Positions 56,768 to 64,000 of a stretch of DNA of 64,000 nt are shown here, piece after piece. Position 1 is the first letter of the stretch. Every line of letters begins with the position of its first letter. The DNA is taken from contig JAIORP010000068.1 of the NCBI GenBank assembly GCA_021108075.1, positions 74,594 through 138,593 on the forward strand, in the 5' to 3' direction. The translations under genes were made by a program, and so were the position numbers. The notes under the pieces are model-generated. The model did not search any database and had not been told where the DNA came from. It was given only the letters and a program-made list of their open reading frames with translations. The DNA comes from Candidatus Omnitrophota bacterium. Its GTDB lineage: Bacteria > Omnitrophota > Gorgyraeia > Zapsychrales > Zapsychraceae.

Positions 56768-58324
56768 ATGATTAAAGTAAAGCGAGCATTGATTAGTGTT
56801 TCAGACAAGGGAGGGCTTGTCCCTTTTGCCCAGGGTTTAGCGCGTTTAGGTATTGAGATTATTTCCACAGGGGGAACATCCCGCATTTTACAAGAAGCCG
56901 GCATTGAGGTTAAAGAGGTTTCAGACTTTACCGGTTTCCCGGAAATGTTGGACGGTCGCGTTAAGACGTTGCACCCCAAAATCCACGCAGGATTACTTGC
57001 CATTCGCTCCAATGAGGAACACATGCAGCAACTCAAAAAACACCGTATGAAGTTGATTGATATGGTTGTTGTGAATTTATATCCGTTTGAAAGCGTCATT
57101 CAAAAGAAACGCGTTGCCTTTGAGGCAGCGATTGAAAATATTGATATTGGCGGGCCGACCATGTTGCGTGCTGCGGCCAAGAATTTCAACAGTGTTGCTG
57201 TTGTTTGCAATCCCGGACGGTATGATGATATCCTTACGGAACTCGAGAATAAGAGTGGTTTGTTGTCGGATACCGTGTTGTTTAGTTTAGCGGTCGAAAC
57301 ATTTAAGCATACGGCCAGCTATGACAATGTTATTGCTGAATATCTCGGCCAGTGTCAATCCATGGACGATTTTGGGTCCATGCCCGCAAACGTCAGCTGG
57401 TCTTTTGCGAAGATTCAGGATCTCCGTTATGGGGAAAATCCTCATCAATCGGGTGCTTTTTATTCTGTCGCAGGGCAAAAAAAGGGTTTAGCCTCTTTAC
57501 GGCAATTGCACGGAAAAGAATTGTCTTTTAATAATATTTTAGACCTGCACGCAACGGTCGCGTGTGTGCGGGAGTTTGAAAATCCTGCCGCTGTGATTAT
57601 TAAACATAACAATGCGACCGGTGTGGCCGAAGACAAATTTTTAACCACGGCATTTCAAAACGCGTTAAAGTGTGATCCGGTTTCTGCGTTTGGCGGTATT
57701 ATTGGACTGAATCGATCTGTCGACGAAAAAACCGCACAATTGATTGTTAAGAGCGGGTTTATGGAATGTGTTATCGCGCCGTCTTTTCAGAAGGCCGCCT
57801 TAAAGGTCTTGACCCGGAAGAAGAACTTGCGCCTATTGACGTTAGATTTCCGTAAAATCAACAAGAATGGCTATGATTTTAAACAAGTGTTTGGCGGTTT
57901 GTTGCTGCAGGACCGTGACGAACGGGCTTTGACCACAAACGAATTAAAGTTTGTGACCAAAAAAAAACCCACCAGGACTCAGCTTGATGCGATTATGTTT
58001 GGCTGGAAAGTCGTCAAGCATATTCGGTCCAATGCTATTATTCTTGTTAAAGGCCAAAAAACCGTTGGCATTGGCTGTGGGCAAACCAGTCGAGTTGAAA
58101 GTGTCCGGATCGCTATTCATAAAGCCGGGGCACAGGCTCAAAATGCGACGCTCATTTCGGATGCGTTTATTCCAAAGACGGATAATGTCGACCTGGCTGC
58201 TCAGGCCGGAATAAAACTGATTGTCCAGACAGGGGGGTCAATAGCTGATAAAGAAGTGATTGCGGCCGCAGACAAAGCCGGGGTTGCTATTGTTATGACC
58301 GGTGTTCGCCATTTTAAACATTAG
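56768..58324 (+). CDS. purH: bifunctional AICAR transformylase / IMP cyclohydrolase
   Basis: N-terminal MGS-like region ALISVSDKGGLVPFAQGLARLGIEIISTGGT ... KTLHPKIHAGLLA, and full length (~518 aa). Confidence 0.9.
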   Translation: MIKVKRALISVSDKGGLVPFAQGLARLGIEIISTGGTSRILQEAGIEVKEVSDFTGFPEMLDGRVKTLHPKIHAGLLAIRSNEEHMQQLKKHRMKLIDMVVVNLYPFESVIQKKRVAFEAAIENIDIGGPTMLRAAAKNFNSVAVVCNPGRYDDILTELENKSGLLSDTVLFSLAVETFKHTASYDNVIAEYLGQCQSMDDFGSMPANVSWSFAKIQDLRYGENPHQSGAFYSVAGQKKGLASLRQLHGKELSFNNILDLHATVACVREFENPAAVIIKHNNATGVAEDKFLTTAFQNALKCDPVSAFGGIIGLNRSVDEKTAQLIVKSGFMECVIAPSFQKAALKVLTRKKNLRLLTLDFRKINKNGYDFKQVFGGLLLQDRDERALTTNELKFVTKKKPTRTQLDAIMFGWKVVKHIRSNAIILVKGQKTVGIGCGQTSRVESVRIAIHKAGAQAQNATLISDAFIPKTDNVDLAAQAGIKLIVQTGGSIADKEVIAAADKAGVAIVMTGVRHFKH

Positions 58325-58333
58325 TATCCAGGG

Positions 58334-59779
58334 TTGGCATCCGTCTTTCGTTCGAGAATGTTTCTATTTAATGATTTTGACCTGCCAGATATGAAGACAC
58401 AAGACATTGAATCTTATCTCTCATCATTTCCTAATTATGAAGTTAATCTGACCGAAAAGAAATACGTGGATTTTTCTTTGTGCCGTATTCATGCCTTATT
58501 AAAAAAAATGTGTGACCCGCAGGAAGCATTAACCATCGTGCATGTCGCCGGATCGAAGGGCAAGGGATCGACTTGTGTCATGGTGGCACATATTTTAAAG
58601 GCCGCAGGTTATGTTGTCGGATTGTACACATCCCCCCACTTGTATCGGCTTAATGAGCGGATTCGTTTATTGAGACCCGAACAGGACAAAAAGAAAATCC
58701 GTGTTGCGTCCGGACAGGTGCTGTATGACGATGAGATCGCAGCGGAAGAATTAGCGGACGTGATCCGCGCGTTAAAACCTGTTTTAGACGGGTCTCGCTT
58801 TCACCCTGAACAGGGTTACTTAACGTATTTTGAATTGTTGACAGCGCTAGGTCTCTACTATTTCAGAGAGCAAAAAGCGGATGTTGCCGTTTTGGAGACA
58901 GGATTGGGAGGGCGCTATGATGCGACAAATAGTGTTGATGCGGATTGCATTGCGATAACATCGATCAGCCTGGAGCACACGGCCTTACTAGGGACGTCCT
59001 TGCCAGCTATTGCCCGGGAGAAAGTAGCGATTGTTAAGCATTCGGATCAAAGGGTTGTATTGGCGCCGCAATCTTCTGATGTGTTGCACGTCCTTCAGTC
59101 TTATTGCGCGCGTCTTCAGGTTAATCCGATTATGGCCCAGGAACCGATTGGTGGTCAAATTGTTAAGTCGCATGGCTCTGGGTGTGGTCAAGTTTTCAAT
59201 GTCCAATCAAGCCGGGGACGATATAAAAATCTTTTTTTACCTTTGTTGGGAGCGCATCAACGGATCAACGCGGCCGTGGCCATTGAACTGGCCGAACAGC
59301 TGAAGGCCTTGTCTTTTAAGGTCCATCCGCAGGATATTCGACAGGGGTTGTCGGATATTTTTTGGCCTATTCGTTTTGAAGTGCTGCAGCACGCACCGGT
59401 TATGATTTTAGATGCGGCGCATAATGCATATTCCATGTCATTGCTGGCTCAAGATGTCCAAGACCTGTATCCGCAACGCAAGGTTTACGCCTTGGTCGGT
59501 TTTTTAAAAGATAAGAATGTTCAGGCGATGTTCGATGTGTTATCCCGATTTTCTGATGAAATCATCGTCACGCAAAGTCATCATCCCCGAGCTTATGCCT
59601 GTGAAGAGATGGATGTTCGCTTAGCAAAGAATATGGTATCATTAATGACAATCAAAAATGTAGAAGAAGCGGTCGAATGCGTCTTGGCCAAGGCGCGGCC
59701 AGAGGATGTTATTGTCGTTTCAGGATCCATTTTTGTTGTCGCTCATGTACGGCAATATATGGTTTTGAAGAACGCGTAA
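58334..59779 (+). CDS. folC: folylpolyglutamate synthase / dihydrofolate synthase
   Basis: Mur-ligase P-loop VAGSKGKGST and FolC-like domain organisation. Confidence 0.8.
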   Translation: MASVFRSRMFLFNDFDLPDMKTQDIESYLSSFPNYEVNLTEKKYVDFSLCRIHALLKKMCDPQEALTIVHVAGSKGKGSTCVMVAHILKAAGYVVGLYTSPHLYRLNERIRLLRPEQDKKKIRVASGQVLYDDEIAAEELADVIRALKPVLDGSRFHPEQGYLTYFELLTALGLYYFREQKADVAVLETGLGGRYDATNSVDADCIAITSISLEHTALLGTSLPAIAREKVAIVKHSDQRVVLAPQSSDVLHVLQSYCARLQVNPIMAQEPIGGQIVKSHGSGCGQVFNVQSSRGRYKNLFLPLLGAHQRINAAVAIELAEQLKALSFKVHPQDIRQGLSDIFWPIRFEVLQHAPVMILDAAHNAYSMSLLAQDVQDLYPQRKVYALVGFLKDKNVQAMFDVLSRFSDEIIVTQSHHPRAYACEEMDVRLAKNMVSLMTIKNVEEAVECVLAKARPEDVIVVSGSIFVVAHVRQYMVLKNA

Positions 59780-59795
59780 AGTTGAAAGGTTTTTT

Positions 59796-61211
59796 ATGTA
59801 TCAATATCAAGGAATGGAAGATACGATTGTCGCGATTGCCACCCCCATGGGGCAGGGTGGCATAGGGCTTGTTCGTTTAAGTGGGCAGCAATCCATCGCG
59901 ATCGCCGACAAAATGTTTTTAGGCCGTTCAGGGCAGAAGCCATCTGGATTTAAAACTTTTTCCGTCCATTATGGTGATGTTTTTTATCCGCAAGTGGAGT
60001 CCTTATCCTCAAAAGCAAATGTTGTTGATGAGGTTTTATTGACTGTGATGCTGGCCCCGAAAAGTTACACGACTGAAGATGTTGTTGAAATAAGCTGTCA
60101 TGGTGGCCTTGTGGTTTTAGAAACAATTGTGAAGATCGCCATGCATCATGGAGCACGCTTGGCAGAACCGGGTGAATTTACAAAAAGGGCCTTTTTGAAC
60201 GGGCGTATAGATCTAACGCAGGCAGAAGCTGTTTTAGATGTTATTCAATCTAGGACCGATAAATTCTTGCAGGTCAGCACGCATCAATTGAAGGGGGACC
60301 TTTCTGTTTTTTTAGAAAGAATACGTACAAATTTAATGCATGAATACACCCATCTCGAAGCTTTGATCAATTTTCCCGAGGAGGAAATTGATAGTCAAGG
60401 CAGCAAGCCATCATCTGACCCGTTGATCGCGATCGAACAGGATATTAAGGCCCTTTTAGATTCATCGCGCAAAGGACAGATTCTCAAAGAAGGTTTAAAG
60501 GTTGTGTTTTGTGGCAAACCCAACGTGGGCAAATCATCGCTGCTGAATGTTTTATTAAAACATCCCCGCGCGATTGTCTCACATATTGCGGGAACGACAC
60601 GCGATACCATTGAGGAAGTGGCCCATATTCAAGGCATTCCCTTTCAATTGATTGATACCGCCGGAATTCTTGAGCCTTGTGATGCGATAGAGCAAGAAGC
60701 GGTTAGACGGAGCCATACGCACCGCCAAAGTGCGGATGTCGTTGTTTTGGTTTTAGACCAACATCAGGCATTGGATTGGAAGGATGAAAAAATTATTGAG
60801 GTTGTTCAGGGACAGAACGTTATCGTCTTGTTCAATAAATGTGACTTGCCTAAGGGGATCGATGATATTGTCTTAAAAGAAAAATTTCCGACACAAACGA
60901 TATTATTTGTTTCAGCCTTGACCCGAACAGGGATAGAGGCCTTTGAGGAAGCGATTGTTCAGCAGGTTTTAGGGGATTCATCCCCGGATCATTACGGTTT
61001 AATGATCAGCAATTTGAGACATGTTCAATCGCTGCGGGATTGTCAGAAACAAATTTTGTCTGCCTTAGACGACCGTCAAAAGAATTTGTCCTTAGAATTT
61101 GTTTCTGACCGGATTAAGCGCGCGGTAAACTCTTTGGATCAGATTACCGGTCGAAATATTGATTTTGATTTGATTGATCAAATTTTTTCACAGTTTTGCA
61201 TCGGGAAGTAA
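59796..61211 (+). CDS. mnmE: tRNA modification GTPase MnmE
   Basis: N-terminal DTIVAIATPMGQGGIGLVRLSG, G-domain GKPNVGKSSLLN, and the C-terminal CIGK tetrapeptide. Confidence 0.9.
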   Translation: MYQYQGMEDTIVAIATPMGQGGIGLVRLSGQQSIAIADKMFLGRSGQKPSGFKTFSVHYGDVFYPQVESLSSKANVVDEVLLTVMLAPKSYTTEDVVEISCHGGLVVLETIVKIAMHHGARLAEPGEFTKRAFLNGRIDLTQAEAVLDVIQSRTDKFLQVSTHQLKGDLSVFLERIRTNLMHEYTHLEALINFPEEEIDSQGSKPSSDPLIAIEQDIKALLDSSRKGQILKEGLKVVFCGKPNVGKSSLLNVLLKHPRAIVSHIAGTTRDTIEEVAHIQGIPFQLIDTAGILEPCDAIEQEAVRRSHTHRQSADVVVLVLDQHQALDWKDEKIIEVVQGQNVIVLFNKCDLPKGIDDIVLKEKFPTQTILFVSALTRTGIEAFEEAIVQQVLGDSSPDHYGLMISNLRHVQSLRDCQKQILSALDDRQKNLSLEFVSDRIKRAVNSLDQITGRNIDFDLIDQIFSQFCIGK

Positions 61212-61314
61212 TACCAAATCCATTAATTAATTGTTCTATTTCAATTCTGATATTCTCGCTAAAGCGTCGAGAAAAGCAGAATCGGTTTTGGTCATTATTT
61301 AATGGAATTGGTAT
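61211..61314 (+). repeat. MITE-like element, 104-bp variant with one internal hairpin insertion
   Basis: ataccaaatccattaattaattgttctatttcaattctga[tattctcgctaaagcgtcgagaaa]agcagaatcggttttggtcattatttaatggaattggtat. It lies immediately after the mnmE stop. Confidence 0.75.
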
Positions 61315-61345
61315 AAACAGAAATAAATCAATGGGGTGGTAGGGG

Positions 61346-62086
61346 TTACTCGCTTAAAATTTTAGCGTTCATTTTCAATATGTTTTTCATGAGTTCTTTG
61401 TTGTTTAACAGGGAACGAATTTTTGGGTGGGATATTAATTTCGCCATATTTTTTTCTTCAACCATTTTTTTTATTTCTTCATCTTCGATAAATTCAATAA
61501 AATCTTCTTCACCCATGAGAGCTTGATACTCTTCTGAGTTCTTTATTTTTATGATTTTTTTAGGGTCATTGATTGTCTTCGTGACTTGAGCAACACTCTC
61601 TGCTGTCGGTAACCGGTTTTTTGTGATCGATTGGATAAAGAGATAACTGTTTGAATGGTATATTTTTTCTTGAATCGTGGAAATCCACGGAAATATGGCT
61701 GGAGCCGGCAAAAGAGTCAGTAAATAAATGACGATGATCATGAAAGATCCTTTCCAGATAAGATGAAAGAGTCCGCCAATGAACCGGCTGAGCTGGGACA
61801 GGTCTTCCTCTTTTTCTTTGGTCATTTTATTCCAGGTAAAAAGGAAAAGATTGAGGATCAAAGCGAGAAGGAACGGCCCGAAGGAGGCTAATAAAAGGGC
61901 GATTTTGAGATCTTCATTCTTTTGATAATGAAAATAGGCAAGGGCGGTACAAATCATCAGTGAAACGGGACCAATGACGGATCGCAGAAATCCCTTGTGA
62001 TATCCCCGCCAAATGAAGTAGGTACAGCAAAGGATGATAACATAGTCGACAATATAGGTTAAGAAATATTTGGCTATTATTTCCAT
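61346..62086 (-). CDS. CvpA-family membrane protein
   Basis: N-terminal TM helices with the R/K-G-F-x-R/K motif after TM1 (IWRGYHKGFLRSV) and a C-terminal soluble region. Confidence 0.5.
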   Translation of the reverse strand: MEIIAKYFLTYIVDYVIILCCTYFIWRGYHKGFLRSVIGPVSLMICTALAYFHYQKNEDLKIALLLASFGPFLLALILNLFLFTWNKMTKEKEEDLSQLSRFIGGLFHLIWKGSFMIIVIYLLTLLPAPAIFPWISTIQEKIYHSNSYLFIQSITKNRLPTAESVAQVTKTINDPKKIIKIKNSEEYQALMGEEDFIEFIEDEEIKKMVEEKNMAKLISHPKIRSLLNNKELMKNILKMNAKILSE

Positions 62087-62562
62087 TTTTTAGTACTCTC
62101 GTTCATAATATAGTCATGAAATTGTTATAAGTATATCATAAATAGACTAAAATCGACATTTTTTTCGTAAAGAGACAGTGTCTTTTTACAGTAATTCAAG
62201 GTTTTTGTGCGTGGTTGTGACGATAATGTGGCAAAAAAGGAACATTGAGAGCTCATATGATTTTTTGAGAATGAAAAAAAGTATATTAAAAGGACGAAGA
62301 AAAGATCAATGTTGTAAATTAATTCTTTTTATAGTGTTAGGACAAACATTTTCTTGAATGTGATAAAATTTATTTGTTTTAATCGTTGATTTTTTTTGTT
62401 TAATGTATTATATTTAAAATAAAGAAAACGTTTTCAGTGACAGGTTTTCAGATTTGCTCTTTAGACAAATTTTTAAGGTATATTCAGGAAAAACAAGAAC
62501 AAACAGAAAAATAAGAACGACATTAGGGTTGTCGTTTTAATCAGCCGTATTGAGTAATATTT

Positions 62563-62901
62563 ATGAGTGAAAACAACAATAATAAAAGAAAAAATAAACG
62601 TCTTCATTGTGAGGTTCCTGTCTATGGCAAAGCCAATACTCGCTATGACCGCGTAACAACGGTTGATTTTTGTAAGGATGGGATGGGATTGATCACGGAA
62701 GATGAAATATCTGTTAATGAAGAAATTGCGATCCAAATTGACTTAGATGAAGATGATCCTGTTTTTGTTATCGGCAAAGTTAAATGGATCAATCCAATTG
62801 CTGATTCGCAAAAATACCGAATCGGTATGTCCTTTGAAAATGTTTTTCGCGGATCAAAAACACGTCTGAAAAAGTTTTTCAACGGAAAAAATGAAGAATG
62901 A
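62563..62901 (+). CDS. PilZ-domain protein
   Basis: KRKNKRLHCEVP (an RxxxR-like element) and D.G.GLIT. Small size (112 aa). Confidence 0.5.
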   Translation: MSENNNNKRKNKRLHCEVPVYGKANTRYDRVTTVDFCKDGMGLITEDEISVNEEIAIQIDLDEDDPVFVIGKVKWINPIADSQKYRIGMSFENVFRGSKTRLKKFFNGKNEE

Positions 62902-63242
62902 TCACAACCAGCCCTCCAGGTTTTGAGCGTCGTTTATTTGAACGATTTATTATTCGTTTCCCCACAAAGTTTAAAGATTCCCGCGATGATTTTGGCTCAA
63001 ATGTTTTTCTGCATGAAGCTTCCGCCAGCGGTTTACGCATTACAACCAAGGAACGTCTGTTTGTCAATGATGTGGTTGTTTTAGAAATCGAAGTTCCTGA
63101 TCAAGCTCCGCCGTTGAACTTAAAAGGTGAGGTCGTTTGGGTGAAAAGTATCGAGCCCTATGGCTGGGAGTCTGGCCTAAAATTCCCTAAATTGAATTTG
63201 TTGCGGTTAGAACGTTTATATAAATTTATTGCTGACCGTTAA
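62898..63242 (+). CDS. PilZ-domain protein (second, overlapping the previous gene by ATGA)
   Basis: ERRLFERFIIRFP (RxxxR) and ASASGLRITT (D/N-x-S-x-x-G). Confidence 0.55.
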   Translation: MITTSPPGFERRLFERFIIRFPTKFKDSRDDFGSNVFLHEASASGLRITTKERLFVNDVVVLEIEVPDQAPPLNLKGEVVWVKSIEPYGWESGLKFPKLNLLRLERLYKFIADR

Positions 63243-63649
63243 TTTCTTTTTTGATCGTCCCCGGTCCATCAGACGGACTCAATTTCCTTTTGTTGTTTTT
63301 TTCCCATCTGGTTTCCGTTTATTTCTATTTATTTCTATAAAGGTTTGTGATCAGATTCTTGCAAGTCATTCTCTTTTTGATTTTGAGATTGTTATTTGTT
63401 AAATAGCCTCTGTTGGCTGAAAGCCTTACAGGACAAGTAGTTATATCGCTGCTTTTATTATATGTTCTGCTCGAGAAGAACAGGACTTATCATCGTTTGC
63501 CTTCAAGAAAGGTCTTTGCTGTTTTTGACAATTAAAAAATTAGATGTTATACTCAGGTTTCTTAAAGATTAATACTCTTTTTATTTCAATGCCTTATATA
63601 AATTTTACCATTAATTTATATAGGAATCATTAAATTCTGGGGAGAAGGT

Positions 63650-64000
63650 AATGAAAAAAATAGCCCATGTTGTCTGTGTTGTTATCGTGGGTGTTGCCAT
63701 TTTTTGTAATATCACGGGATGCGTGAGAACGCCACCAGAGAAAAATGTAGTCACGGTGTGGCATTGGATGACCGACCGGGATCAGGCTTTTAAGGAATTA
63801 GCCGCGCGGTATGAAGAACAAACAGGTATTAAGATTAAGATCAACTTGTATGCCCCTTCGGATGCTTTTAGCCGAAAAGTCGTTGCTTCTGCTCAAGCCA
63901 AAGTCCTTCCAGATATTTATGGCATTTTAGGCAAGAAAAAAATTTTTGCATCTTTCATTGAAGGCGGTTTTGTTGTTGATCTCACGGCTGAATTTCAAAA
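63650..64000 (+). CDS. ABC transporter substrate-binding lipoprotein (family 1), 3'-partial
   Basis: Lipoprotein signal VAIFCNITGC, then VVTVWHWMTDRDQAFKELAARYEEQTGIKI, typical of sugar-type SBPs. The ORF runs off the window end. Confidence 0.65.

Noticed and set aside
2984-61314. Possibility that the recurring 82-bp element is a CRISPR array
   Set aside because: The copies are dispersed kilobases apart and occur in both orientations. They are not separated by uniform short spacers, and there are no cas genes. The dispersed palindromic architecture fits a MITE/REP-like element instead.

Overview
This is a 64 kb low-GC bacterial chromosomal segment, with almost every gene on the + strand. Codon usage is Lys/Ile/Phe-rich. 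I cannot assign the lineage from sequence alone, but the content suggests an uncultivated or host-associated organism. The window divides into two parts. (1) Positions ~1-36,800 are accessory-like. They hold an IS5/IS1182-like insertion sequence, at least eight copies of an ~82-bp MITE-like palindromic repeat, and many small secreted or membrane hypothetical proteins preceded by shared short intergenic motifs. There is also a GC-rich (~55-58%) foreign gene bracketed by ~50-bp direct repeats. Several proteins carry eukaryote-like domains (ankyrin, serpin, MORN, tubby-like). The main feature is two adjacent giant genes (10492-13764, 1090 aa; 13784-21790, ~2668 aa) that together form three tandem paralogous modules, each a signal peptide, an ~1000-aa extracellular region and a C-terminal TM bundle, with no domain I recognise. 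This is my best candidate for an undescribed system. (2) Positions ~37,100-64,000 are a housekeeping block: a tRNA-binding CsaA-like protein, YjbQ, YkgJ, a DnaQ-like exonuclease, pabB-pabC, Lrp plus an aminotransferase, an M48 peptidase, a TPR membrane protein (possibly TMTC-like), a second YjbQ, a PfkB kinase, era, an Nnr epimerase, nth, a split MgtE-cytoplasmic-domain protein plus an Nramp-related transporter with an NRMT-like (Mg2+) binding-site signature, a frameshifted P-II-like gene, rpsU (absent from the ORF track), purH, folC, mnmE, CvpA, a tandem PilZ pair, and a partial ABC substrate-binding protein. I found no CRISPR array and no convincing tRNA or rRNA.
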